Positions 30,370 to 42,914 of a DNA stretch of 64,000 nt are shown here, piece after piece. Position 1 is the stretch's first letter. Each line of letters starts with the position of its first letter. Made by a program: the position numbers and the translations under genes. The DNA is taken from assembly GCA_903929045.1 (NCBI GenBank), contig CAIYTE010000147.1, positions 5,671 to 69,670 on the forward strand. The letters run 5' to 3'. Source of the DNA: an uncultured Hyphomicrobiales bacterium (lineage in GTDB: Bacteria; Pseudomonadota; Alphaproteobacteria; Rhizobiales; Xanthobacteraceae). The notes beneath the pieces are model-generated. The model had not been told where the DNA came from. It saw only the letters and a program-made list of their open reading frames with translations, and did no database searches.

Positions 30370-30377
30370 GAGGGAGA

Positions 30378-33437
<3,060 letters not shown>

Positions 33438-33531
33438 GGCCGGAATATGGGGCGAGTCCGGCCATGGGGGAAGGGCCGGACTGCCTATCCGGTGGCCGGA
33501 TTTGCACTGCCGCGCTAACGGTTTGGAACGT

Positions 33532-35136
33532 TCAGTTCAAACTCGGCAGCAGGTTGCTCGCATTCTTGAACTCCGGCGTCATTTCCCCCAATTGCGGCCC
33601 GTAGACGGCCCAGAACATCTCTTCGGCTTGCGCCACATCCGATGTGAAGGCGTTCAGTTCCGCATCGACATCGTCCTGTTTCGCCAGCTTGGCCGGGTCG
33701 CCCATGACCGTTGTGCCGCCGGAGATGGGCGGTGGATAGGAAACGCCCAGAGCCTTCGCGCGCACCATCGCGGCATCCAACTGGGATTTGGCGTCGAAAT
33801 ATTTGCGCTCGTGTTTGCGGACGCTGTCGAGCTTGTCGTCAAGTTCCTGATATCCGCCATTGTCGGTGCCTTGACCGGCGATGAAGACGGTGTGGCTGAG
33901 ACCCAGCAGCGTGAGCAGCGTCGTCGGGATCGTGAAGGCCTCCAGACTCGTGGCGCTCGTCTTGATGAGCGCGAGAGCGACGACCACGCTGAACACTGCC
34001 ATCTGGAAACGGTACGGGTCGAATTCCTTGCCGCCGCTGTCGGTGAACAGGTCGGCCCAGCGTGCGCGGGGCGCGATGTCGCCTTCCCGCGGCAGCCATT
34101 TCTTCCGCCTCAGCCAGGCCCAGTTGTCGAGTTTGAGCCGACGCCGCGCGACATAGGTCATCCGGCCGCCGACCGCGCCGACGGCGCTGATGCCCATGAG
34201 ATAGAGGACATCCGGCGACATATTGGCGAGCAGGCCGGTGCGCAGCACGTTGAACAGCAGCAGGCCGAAAACGATGAAGCTGAAGACGAATATCTGCAGC
34301 TTGGCAATGCTGCCGCGGCCGTAAGGATTCTTCGTCAACTCGACCGGATCAAGCGCCGCCCAGAACGATGGCGGCTCTTTCAGTCCGGCTGAATTTCCGC
34401 TCTCTTCGGCCTTCTCGGCATCCATTTGGTGGCGCCGTTGGCTGACAAGCCATGACGCCATAGCGCCGCCGGGATAGATCAGCAGCAGCACCGCGAGCGT
34501 GACGATGGTCGGGAACCACAGTGTGCTAACGGGAAGCGTCACATCGATCAGCAGTTCGCTGGATTTGCCGTCGATCATAGCCGTGATCGTAATGTGAGCG
34601 CGTTGCATCAACGGCCATAAACAGGGTGGCGGCGCTATGCTGACGCCAAAAATGCTTTTGTTGGCATCGTCTTTGTCGGATGCGCGCGAGTCGATCGAGA
34701 TGTCCTTGAGTTCGGGCACCTCATCCGGACCTGGTTTTTTGGTGCAATAGCGCCCGTTGTCGATTTTTTCCCACGTCAATGTCGGTGTTAATTCGCCGAG
34801 GCGGTTGAGCGGCTGCGGGACACGAAGATCATTTTGGGTTCCGCCGCCGAGCACTTCGGCGCGAAAGAAACCCTGAAACGTCGCGGCGGCTGTTTTTGCG
34901 GCGTCCGCTTTTATTTTCGCGGCTTCCGCTTCGGCCTTGGCCTTCTTCGCGGCATCCGGTGCCGGTGGCGGTGCTGGTGGCGTTGAGTTGGGGGCCGTTC
35001 CGTTCGCATTGGGCGCTGTCGTATTTTGAGCGACGGTCGTCTCGCCCGCTGCGAAAGCGGATGGTGCGATGGAAATTGAAGACAGTGTGAGTGTTAAGGC
35101 CAGCGACAGAGCGCCGGCAAACTGCGACTTGACCAT
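33532..35136 (-). CDS. Hypothetical multi-pass membrane protein with an exported N-terminal domain
   Basis: Signal peptide, Pro-rich linker, ~5 TM with an internally duplicated motif, helical C-terminus. Confidence 0.8.
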   Translation of the reverse strand: MVKSQFAGALSLALTLTLSSISIAPSAFAAGETTVAQNTTAPNANGTAPNSTPPAPPPAPDAAKKAKAEAEAAKIKADAAKTAAATFQGFFRAEVLGGGTQNDLRVPQPLNRLGELTPTLTWEKIDNGRYCTKKPGPDEVPELKDISIDSRASDKDDANKSIFGVSIAPPPCLWPLMQRAHITITAMIDGKSSELLIDVTLPVSTLWFPTIVTLAVLLLIYPGGAMASWLVSQRRHQMDAEKAEESGNSAGLKEPPSFWAALDPVELTKNPYGRGSIAKLQIFVFSFIVFGLLLFNVLRTGLLANMSPDVLYLMGISAVGAVGGRMTYVARRRLKLDNWAWLRRKKWLPREGDIAPRARWADLFTDSGGKEFDPYRFQMAVFSVVVALALIKTSATSLEAFTIPTTLLTLLGLSHTVFIAGQGTDNGGYQELDDKLDSVRKHERKYFDAKSQLDAAMVRAKALGVSYPPPISGGTTVMGDPAKLAKQDDVDAELNAFTSDVAQAEEMFWAVYGPQLGEMTPEFKNASNLLPSLN

Positions 35137-35166
35137 GACGACACCCGTAATTTTTAGGCCGATTAT

Positions 35167-35745
35167 TTATTGCTTCGCTTTGATCGCCGCGATGTCGGTC
35201 GCAATTTTCGCCAGTGCGGCCTTGATCTCCTGAAATTCGTTCCGCGCGGCTCCAGCGGGAGCCACCATCGTGTTGATGCTGTTGACGAGCGGGGCGATGG
35301 CCAGAATGTCCCGGCGTACGTCACCAATTGCGGGCGCGGCTTCGAAGCGCGAATTCAGCGCGGTGATTTTATCATTGAGTGCTCGGATTGAATTCGACAG
35401 GGCGACGATTTTATCGTCTGTGCCCGCAGCGCCGGACAGCACGGTGCGGATGTCGCTGATCTGGCGTCTCGCACCGGCTTGGCCAAGAAAGTTCGCTCTG
35501 ATTGTGGAAACATCGTCGGTGATGGCCGCGAGGTTCGGAATCTTCCGTGCGATCACCCAATTCGGTACGTACAGCAGAATCCCTGACACGAGAGCAGCGG
35601 CAAAGAACCAGACCGCTAAGATTCGATCCGGCGGCTCGCTCAACAGCTTCGGACAAACGATGCCGACGAAGAAGCCGCAAAGACTCAGCAGAAATAACAG
35701 GACGACCGGCCAGATAATTCCGTTTTTGGTGCCACCCGCCGCCAC
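35167..35745 (-). CDS. Hypothetical 2-TM plus coiled-coil protein (start uncertain, GTG 35745 or TTG 35757)
   Basis: Two hydrophobic helices then heptad-rich C-terminus; ends 30 bp upstream of the 534-aa gene. Confidence 0.65.
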   Translation of the reverse strand: MAAGGTKNGIIWPVVLLFLLSLCGFFVGIVCPKLLSEPPDRILAVWFFAAALVSGILLYVPNWVIARKIPNLAAITDDVSTIRANFLGQAGARRQISDIRTVLSGAAGTDDKIVALSNSIRALNDKITALNSRFEAAPAIGDVRRDILAIAPLVNSINTMVAPAGAARNEFQEIKAALAKIATDIAAIKAKQ

Positions 35746-35941
35746 GACGCCCCCCAATCCGGCTTATGTGCCGGCTTCTTCATCCCCACCCCGATCCTAC
35801 AATCAGCGGCTGTGACGTAGCAACCTAAAAGGGTGTATTTGAAAGATGCACTCTTTGGCGGTTTTCCGCCGCAGGCGTGTGCACAAAACTGCCCGGCAAT
35901 GCTAGGGTGCAAGAAAAAGCCGGGAACAGTGGGAGAAGCGA

Positions 35942-36928
35942 ATGTCCGGGACTTTGACGCGCCGCCGCGTGGTCGGCGGCCTTGCCGCAGCCACCCTGGC
36001 CGCGCCCGCTTTCGCGCAAACCGCGAGTGCACAGGCATGGCCAAGCCGGCCCGTGCGCGTGATGGTGCCGTATCCGCCGGCCGGTGGCGCCGATACCACG
36101 GCGCGCATCGTCTACAACAAGGTCAGCCAGATCCTCGGCCAGCAGTTCGTCATTGAAAACCGCGGCGGTGCCGGTGGCACGATCGGCGAAGCGGTGATCG
36201 CCAAGGCCGACCCCGACGGCTACTACATTCTGCACGACGCGACCGCGTTCTCGGTCAACGCCGCGCTCTATCCGAGCCTGCCGTTCGATTACGCTAAGGA
36301 CTTCGAGCCCGTCGCGCTCGTGTCGCTGGTGCCGAACATTCTGGTCATCACCCCGTCGGTGCCGGTCAACAACGTCGCCGAAATGATCGCCTATGCGAAG
36401 GCGCAGCCCGGCGGCATCGAGATTGCGTCGTCCGGCAACGGCACCTTGCAGCATCTCTCGCTCGAGATGTTCCGCTTCATGACCGGCACTAAGGTCAACC
36501 ATGTGCCGTATCGCGGCGGCGGCATTGCGCTGAACGACGTCATGGCGGGGCAGGTGAAGTTCTTTTTCTCCAACGGCTCGTCCGTCGTCGGTCTCATCAA
36601 GGGCGACAAGGTGAAAGCCATCGCGCATACAGGCAAGGGCCGGCTCGCGAGCCTGCCGAACATTCCGCCGGTGTCCGACACCATTCCCGGCTTCGAAGCC
36701 TATGAATGGAACGGCGTCTTCGTGCCGAAAGGCACGCCCGCCGACATCGTCAAGAAGCTCAATAGTGCGGTGAACGAAGCCTTGAACGCGCCGGAAGTGA
36801 AGGACCGTTTCGCCGACCTCAATGTCGAGAGCCGCATCACCACGCCCGAGGAATTCCGCGGCTTCGTCAAGGAACAGACCGAGCGCTGGACCAAGGTGGT
36901 GAAGGAAGCCAACATCAAGTTGGGGTAA
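35942..36928 (+). CDS. Tripartite tricarboxylate transporter substrate-binding protein (Bug/TctC)
   Basis: Tat signal TRRR; VPYPPAGGADTTAR, ENRGGAGG, HVPYRGGG. Confidence 0.93.
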   Translation: MSGTLTRRRVVGGLAAATLAAPAFAQTASAQAWPSRPVRVMVPYPPAGGADTTARIVYNKVSQILGQQFVIENRGGAGGTIGEAVIAKADPDGYYILHDATAFSVNAALYPSLPFDYAKDFEPVALVSLVPNILVITPSVPVNNVAEMIAYAKAQPGGIEIASSGNGTLQHLSLEMFRFMTGTKVNHVPYRGGGIALNDVMAGQVKFFFSNGSSVVGLIKGDKVKAIAHTGKGRLASLPNIPPVSDTIPGFEAYEWNGVFVPKGTPADIVKKLNSAVNEALNAPEVKDRFADLNVESRITTPEEFRGFVKEQTERWTKVVKEANIKLG

Positions 36929-36930
36929 TG

Positions 36931-37026
36931 GTCATTCCGGGGCGCGCGTTTGCGCGAACCCGGAATCCAGAACTAGGCGCGCCGCCCCTGGATTCCGGGT
37001 CCGGCCTTCGGCCGTCCCGGAATGAC
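36931..37026. repeat. Palindromic REP-like element (GTCATTCCGGG family)
   Basis: GTCATTCCGGG..CCCGGAATCCAG ... CTGGATTCCGGG..CCCGGAATGAC. Confidence 0.85.
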
Positions 37027-37030
37027 GAAC

Positions 37031-37930
37031 ATGAATCAAGAACCACCCCTCATCGCCGCGCCTGTCGCCAACCCGCGCAAGCCGCGCATCGCGCCGTCGC
37101 CGGGCGCGTGGGATGCGCATGCGCATGTGATGGGGCCGCCGGACACATTCCCGTACGCCGAAGGGCGCGGCTACACGCCAGCCGACGTGCCGGCCGAAAA
37201 ATTCGTCGCGCTGCTCGATCATCTCGGCTTCGCGCACGGCCTCGTTGTGCAGGGCAATGCGCATGGCTACGACAATCGCGTCATATTCGACGCGCTGGCG
37301 CGCTATCCGGACCGGCTGCGCGGCGTCGTCATCAGCGACACGCGTGTGCCGCCACAGGCCTTGCGTGCCTGGGACAAGATCGGCGTGCGCGGCATGCGCT
37401 ATCATCTGTTCAGCGACGCCGGCAAACCGGGCTACGTGCGCGGCGTCGGCCTCGATGTGTTCGACGTGTTTCGCAAGACCATGGCCGATCTCGGCTGGGC
37501 GATGCAGGTTTTCTGTGATTGTCGATTGATGGCCGAACTGGCGCCGGCGTTGCGCGATATTGCGCGCGAGATGCCGGTAATCGTCGATCACATGCTGCAT
37601 CTTCCGGCAGCGCGCGGCGTCAACGATCCGAATTTCCAGGCGCTGCTGAAACTCGTCGGCGACGGAGATGCTTATGTGAAGCTGTCGGGCAATTATCGCC
37701 TGTCGTCGCAGTTTCCCGATTATGCCGACGCCCGGCCGTTTCATGACGCGCTGGTCGCGGCCAATCCGGACCGGCTGATGTGGGGCACCGACTGGCCGCA
37801 CACGTCGATTGCCGCGTCGGCGATGCCGGATGACGGCCATCTGCTCGATCTGTTTTATGACTGGACGCCGGACGAAAACGTGCGCCAGAAGATCCTGGTC
37901 GATACGCCGCAGCGTTTGTTCGGGCGATAA
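37031..37930 (+). CDS. Amidohydrolase-family lactonase (LigI / 2-pyrone-4,6-dicarboxylate hydrolase-like)
   Basis: DAHAHV, HGYDN, GVRGMR, VDHM, YVKLSG, WGTDWPH. Confidence 0.88.
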   Translation: MNQEPPLIAAPVANPRKPRIAPSPGAWDAHAHVMGPPDTFPYAEGRGYTPADVPAEKFVALLDHLGFAHGLVVQGNAHGYDNRVIFDALARYPDRLRGVVISDTRVPPQALRAWDKIGVRGMRYHLFSDAGKPGYVRGVGLDVFDVFRKTMADLGWAMQVFCDCRLMAELAPALRDIAREMPVIVDHMLHLPAARGVNDPNFQALLKLVGDGDAYVKLSGNYRLSSQFPDYADARPFHDALVAANPDRLMWGTDWPHTSIAASAMPDDGHLLDLFYDWTPDENVRQKILVDTPQRLFGR

Positions 37931-38002
37931 ATCTCCTGTTACAGTTGAACCTTACGGTGCGGCGGACGCACTCACGGGTGTGTATCCGGCAAGGAGAGCG
38001 GC

Positions 38003-38995
38003 ATGAACGGCGTTGCGGCGCGGATGCGTGTTGCCATCCGGCATATGCTCATTGTCATGGCGGTGACGGGCGCCGGCGCGACCGCGGCATTGGCGCAGTC
38101 CGGTCCGTGGACCGAGCGGGCCTATAATCCGCCGGTCGGCAGCAAGTGGTCGATCGTTTCGGTCTCGGAGGGCGAGGAAATCCGGCCGCCGAACGGCAAT
38201 CGCACGCAGACCATCCGCACGGTTTCCGAGCTGACCATCGACGAGAAACTGGCCGACGGCTTCCGCGTATCCTTCGTCACGCGCGACCTTCAGATGACCG
38301 GCAACACGCCCGGCCTCGAGATCGCCGCGACGGCGTTCGGCGCGGTCAAGAATATCGTCGTGCGCGCGCGCACCGATGCCGCGGGCAAACCGGTATCGGT
38401 CGAAAATCTCGACGAAGTGAAAAGCGTTCTGAAAACCGTCATCGATAAGGTCGTCGAGTCCGCCAAAAGCAATCCGCAGGTCGCGGCCGTCATCCGGCAG
38501 ATGCTGGAGGGCATGCTGGTCGTCGACGACAAGGCCGCCGTGAAGGCGCTGATGGAGGATCCGATTGCGCTGTCGGGCGGGCAGGGCACCGGATTGAAGC
38601 CCGGCGCCGTGAAGCGCGAAGCCGACGACCTGCCGAGCCCGCTGGGCGGTGGCGTGCTGAAGTCGACTCTGATCACGCGGCTCAGCCAATGGGACGACAA
38701 GGCGGGCACCGCGCGCGTCACGCGGGTGCGCGAAATGGATGCCGACGCGCTCAAGGCCGTGGTGGTGGCGATCGCGCGCAAGCTGTCGGCCGCGGCGTCC
38801 GACAAGGTGACGCCGGAGGTAATCGAGATGATGAAGAAGGTGTCGATGGATATCACCTCGACGACGCAGTACGACACGCGCGACGGCATGACGATGGCGA
38901 TCGAGGACACCGGCACGACGACGGCGAGCGTCACCGGCATCACCTTCAAGAAATTCGAAAAGAAGATGGTTACCGTGACGCCGATGGCGAAATAA
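38003..38995 (+). CDS. Hypothetical exported protein
   Basis: AAGGAG SD, signal peptide ending ALA, host-like codon usage. Confidence 0.8.
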   Translation: MNGVAARMRVAIRHMLIVMAVTGAGATAALAQSGPWTERAYNPPVGSKWSIVSVSEGEEIRPPNGNRTQTIRTVSELTIDEKLADGFRVSFVTRDLQMTGNTPGLEIAATAFGAVKNIVVRARTDAAGKPVSVENLDEVKSVLKTVIDKVVESAKSNPQVAAVIRQMLEGMLVVDDKAAVKALMEDPIALSGGQGTGLKPGAVKREADDLPSPLGGGVLKSTLITRLSQWDDKAGTARVTRVREMDADALKAVVVAIARKLSAAASDKVTPEVIEMMKKVSMDITSTTQYDTRDGMTMAIEDTGTTTASVTGITFKKFEKKMVTVTPMAK

Positions 38996-39210
38996 TGGGT
39001 TCCACGGCCTAGAATAATCTCCTCATTGTGGCAGCTTTGAAGAAACAGCGAAGCGAATCCGTCGCTGAATCGCTTTGCTGCGCTACGTCCATTCTCTCGG
39101 CGTCCGATCTTTGCAATCGCGTTTTATTGCTTTCGAAGCCCTGACGCTTAGCCTCAACCCATCACGCGCTGCGTTTTCAGTCGCACAGAGCGCGTCATGG
39201 AGAATGGATC

Positions 39211-40104
39211 ATGGCTTCACAATCGTCTTCCAAAAACCAATTCGACATTCGCATCGCGCCCAATCCACCGGTGTTCGACCTTCCCGTGCTGGTCGCGCTC
39301 GAGGAAGGCATTTTCGAAAAGCACGGCGTCAATCTCAGCTACGCCGCCGGCTACAGCGACCGCGAGAAGAATCCGCATGAGCAGAAGCCGCTATTCCGCC
39401 TGAAGGAGTCGCTGTACGAGCAGGGCAAGGCCGACACCTACAATGTCTGCGAATGGGGCAGCATCGACCGCATCGAACGCGGCGAAAAAGTCGAGCGCGC
39501 CAAGATCGCGGCGCTGCGCCCCGCGGTCGCTGCCCAGGCCATCGTCAGCTGGGACAATGAGCTGCTGGTGCCGCGCGATCTGCTCGACGTCGAGATCGGC
39601 ATCAACGATTTCACCGGATCGCACTACACGACGCTGCAATTGCTCGAAGGTGCGCTCGGCCGCGATCACGTCAAGACGGTGCATATCGGCGAGCCGAGCC
39701 ATCGTTACGAGCAGGTGAAGGCCGGCAAGATCCGCGCCGCCACGGTGATGGAGCCGTTCATCTCGCTGGCGCTGAAGGAAGGCGCGCACATCGTCGCGCT
39801 GACGTTCTATCGCGGCGCCGAGGTGATCCATCCGCGCTTCGACAGCGAACAGCGCGAGGCCTATTTCGCCGCGCTGAACGAGGCGGTCGATCTGATCCAG
39901 GCCGACTTCCAGAAGTACTCGCACTACATCCTCGGCGTCACCAAGGGGCGTCTGAAGCCTTCCGAATTCGGCCAGCAGTTCATCCACTACGTTCACGCCC
40001 AGAACTACGCCGTGGAGAAATTCGATCAGGCCTATGAGTGGATGGAATCCTGGAAGCTTACCGCCGGCAAGAACAGTCATGAATCCCTTGTCACAGCAGC
40101 TTAA
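39211..40104 (+). CDS. NMT1/THI5-like periplasmic-binding-fold protein lacking a signal peptide
   Basis: LPVLVALEEGIFEKHGV, GSHY, AATVMEPF; hydrophilic N-terminus. Confidence 0.8.
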   Translation: MASQSSSKNQFDIRIAPNPPVFDLPVLVALEEGIFEKHGVNLSYAAGYSDREKNPHEQKPLFRLKESLYEQGKADTYNVCEWGSIDRIERGEKVERAKIAALRPAVAAQAIVSWDNELLVPRDLLDVEIGINDFTGSHYTTLQLLEGALGRDHVKTVHIGEPSHRYEQVKAGKIRAATVMEPFISLALKEGAHIVALTFYRGAEVIHPRFDSEQREAYFAALNEAVDLIQADFQKYSHYILGVTKGRLKPSEFGQQFIHYVHAQNYAVEKFDQAYEWMESWKLTAGKNSHESLVTAA

Positions 40105-41116
40105 ACCCGGCCTGAGCCGGCGCGGCTTCCTCGGCGAAGCCGCGCTGGCCTCCGCCGCCGCCTTTGCGTCCGTTACGGTTCCCGGCATGCGGACTGCAAA
40201 CGCGGACCCGGCCACCATCCGCGTCACGGATGGCGGGCCGGGCTCCGCCGGCGCCATCTGGCGGCCGCTGATCGACAGCGGCGCCTATCCGCTGCCTAAG
40301 GACCTCAAGATCGAGTGGGTCAACGGCACGCCGGGGCAGGTGCAATTGCAGCTCGCGACGGGCGCCGCGAATGTCGCGGTGTTCGGCGCGCTCGGCGTCG
40401 CTGAATTGCAGCCGCGCGGCAGCGACATCGTGATCTTCGGCCCGGCGCTGAACAATCACGGCCGCTGGATCGTGCGCGACAACAGCAACATCCGCTCCGT
40501 GAAGGATTTGCCGGGCAAGACCATCGCCAGCCTCAACGAGGCGAGCGATACCTTCCGGCAGGCGCGGCTCGCGGCGTTGCAGCACGGCATCGACCTGAAG
40601 AAGGACAGCAGGCTGGTGTTCGGCGCGCCGACGGCGAACGTCGCGTTGTTCGAGCGTGGCGACGTCGATGTGGTCATCACCATCGAGCCCACGGCGACGC
40701 GGCTTGTCGCGCGCGGTGCGCGTGAAATCGCCCGCACCGGCGATTTGTGGCGCGACGCGACCGGCGACAACACGCCGCTGTTTCTGGTGGGCCTCGCGGC
40801 GCACCGGCAATGGGCGGAGCAGAACCGCACGACGACCGCGGCGCTGGCGAATGTGCTGGTCGACATTCACCGCAAGATTAGGGCGAAGCCGCAAATTCTG
40901 TCCGAGCTGCACAAGGAGTTCGGCATTCCCGACAGTGAGCGTGCCGCCATCGAGTTGCTGCCGAAGCGGCTGGTCGACGTCTATGGCGTCGACTGGGGCA
41001 AGCCGGTGTTTAACAATATCGAGCGTCAGATCGACGAGGCGGTGAAGGCCGGCATTCTCGCCAAGCGGCCGGACAAGACGATCTACGACGCCAGCATCAA
41101 CGTGACGACAGGCTGA
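40079..41116 (+). CDS. ABC transporter substrate-binding protein (NitT/TauT type), Tat-exported
   Basis: SRRGFL; IRSVKDLPGKTIA; GDVDVVITIEP. Confidence 0.88.
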   Translation: MNPLSQQLKPGLSRRGFLGEAALASAAAFASVTVPGMRTANADPATIRVTDGGPGSAGAIWRPLIDSGAYPLPKDLKIEWVNGTPGQVQLQLATGAANVAVFGALGVAELQPRGSDIVIFGPALNNHGRWIVRDNSNIRSVKDLPGKTIASLNEASDTFRQARLAALQHGIDLKKDSRLVFGAPTANVALFERGDVDVVITIEPTATRLVARGAREIARTGDLWRDATGDNTPLFLVGLAAHRQWAEQNRTTTAALANVLVDIHRKIRAKPQILSELHKEFGIPDSERAAIELLPKRLVDVYGVDWGKPVFNNIERQIDEAVKAGILAKRPDKTIYDASINVTTG

Positions 41117-41120
41117 CCTC

Positions 41121-41954
41121 ATGGCGCTTTGGACGGAAACCGTACCCCACAAGGCGGCACGGCGCGCGGTGCGCGTCGACCGCGCCTGGATCGCGGCGTT
41201 CTCGGCGCGCGTGTTGCCGGGCGTGCTGTTCTGCGTGCTGCTCGCGGCCGGATGGCAGGTGATGTCGGTGCAGTGGGACAGCCCGCTGGTGCCGGATCTT
41301 GCCGCCATCGGTGCGGAGTTGAAGAGCATCGTCGTCAGCGGCGAGGGGTGGCTGCAGATCGGCACGACGCTCGGCCGCATCGTTGTAGGCATGACGCTGG
41401 GCTTCCTCGCCGCGTTGGCGATCGGGCTGGCGTCGGCGCGCAACCGCTTCGCCCGCTCGTTTTTCGAGCCGGCGTTGCTGCTGGGCCTGACGGTGCCAGG
41501 ACTGGTGTGGGCGCTGCTGTGCGTGATCTGGTTCGGCCTGAGCCTCAAGACGTCGGTTGTCGCGATTGCGCTCGGCATCGCGCCGTCGCTGGCGGTGAGC
41601 ATCACGCAAGGGTTCGAAGCCGTCGATCCGCAGTTGATCGAAGCGTCGCATGTGTACCGGCTGAATTTCCGCGACCGGCTGCGTTACCTCTGGCTGCCGG
41701 CGATCCTGCCGTTCCTCATGGGCGGCTTGCGCCTCGGATTTTCGCTGGCGTGGAAGGTCGTGGTGCTGGTCGAAGTTTTCGGCCTGTCGACCGGCGTCGG
41801 CTACGTGCTGAACACCGCCTTCATTTCGCAGAACGTCGCGGCGGTGCTGGCCTGGACCATCGCCTTCACGGTCGTGGTCGGCGCCATCGAATACGGCTTG
41901 TTTCAAACGCTCGAGCGGCGCCTGACGCGCTGGAAAAGAAAGGCATCGGTATGA
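41121..41954 (+). CDS. ABC transporter permease (NitT/TauT type)
   Basis: 6 TM; EAA loop LIEASHVY; AWKVVVLVE. Confidence 0.92.
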   Translation: MALWTETVPHKAARRAVRVDRAWIAAFSARVLPGVLFCVLLAAGWQVMSVQWDSPLVPDLAAIGAELKSIVVSGEGWLQIGTTLGRIVVGMTLGFLAALAIGLASARNRFARSFFEPALLLGLTVPGLVWALLCVIWFGLSLKTSVVAIALGIAPSLAVSITQGFEAVDPQLIEASHVYRLNFRDRLRYLWLPAILPFLMGGLRLGFSLAWKVVVLVEVFGLSTGVGYVLNTAFISQNVAAVLAWTIAFTVVVGAIEYGLFQTLERRLTRWKRKASV

Positions 41955-42709
41955 GCGCTTCATTGTGGTTCGAGCACGTCGACAAATCCTACGTGCGTCC
42001 GAACGGCGAGCGTGAGCTTGTCCTCGAGAATTTCTCGCTGGAAATCCGGCCCGGCGAACTTGTGGCGATCGTCGGCTCTTCCGGGATCGGCAAGAGCACA
42101 TTGCTGCATCTCGCTGCCGGGCTGGAGAAGCCCGATGCCGGACGCGTCGAGTTCGCCAGCGCGCCGGGCGTCACGCCGGCGCTGCGGCGGCAACCGCGGC
42201 TCGGCATGGTGTTTCAGCAGCCGCGTCTGTTCGACTGGCTGACGGCGGCCGACAATATCGCGGTTGCGGTGAATGCCGCCGGCGGCGACATTGCCCGCGC
42301 ACGCGAGATGCTCGCGGCGGTCGGGCTCAACCGGCATGCCGGTTCCTATCCGCTGTCCTTGTCCGGCGGCCAGCGGCAGCGCGTGGCGCTGGCGCGCGCC
42401 TTCGCCATTGAACCCGATGCGGTGCTGCTCGACGAGCCGTTCAGTGCGCTCGACGAACTCACGGCGCGCAAGCTGCGTCTGCTGCTGCAGGAACTCTGGA
42501 CCGACTATGCGCCGACGGGGCTCCTTGTGACGCACAACACGCTTGAAGCGGCTTTCCTTGCTGATCGCGTCGTGGTGCTGGCCGGCAAGCCGGCACGTAT
42601 CGAGCGGGTGATCGAAATTGGCCAGACGCGGCCGCGTCAGGCCGAGAACTCGTTCTTCTTCGATCTGCACCGCGACATCCTGTCGACGCTGGAGCGCGGC
42701 GCGGGTTAA
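41951..42709 (+). CDS. ABC transporter ATP-binding protein (NitT/TauT type)
   Basis: GSSGIGKST, LSGGQRQR, LLDEPFSALD; ATGA overlap with the permease. Confidence 0.95.
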   Translation: MSASLWFEHVDKSYVRPNGERELVLENFSLEIRPGELVAIVGSSGIGKSTLLHLAAGLEKPDAGRVEFASAPGVTPALRRQPRLGMVFQQPRLFDWLTAADNIAVAVNAAGGDIARAREMLAAVGLNRHAGSYPLSLSGGQRQRVALARAFAIEPDAVLLDEPFSALDELTARKLRLLLQELWTDYAPTGLLVTHNTLEAAFLADRVVVLAGKPARIERVIEIGQTRPRQAENSFFFDLHRDILSTLERGAG

Positions 42710-42914
42710 TCCAGGCTTGCTACTTTGTCGCCGCAATCGGCCGGAATTTTCTCAGGTTTCAGCGTGGAAAGAGCCATTTTTACGGGTCGAATACGCCGGA
42801 ACTTCTATCGGGGGGTGACCGGGTAAGCAAATACTCACCATCGGTATGTCAGAAAGAACGCGGCTTCCTCACACCGGAGGTCGCCGCGTACCACTGACAG
42901 ATCGAGTGAATTGT

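Noticed and set aside
33438..33540. LexA box upstream of uvrB
   Set aside because: GAAC/GTTC tetramers are present but not in the alphaproteobacterial GTTC-N7-GTTC spacing.
38996..39210. TPP riboswitch upstream of NMT1/THI5-like genes (also 54908-55062)
   Set aside because: No CTGAGA / ACCTGA..TAATxC core; only a simple hairpin (AGCGAAGCGA/TCGCTTTGCT) or a REP.
41129..42709. 526-aa ORF suggesting an extended ABC ATPase
   Set aside because: The 5' part is an alternate frame of the permease; the ATPase starts at ATG 41951.
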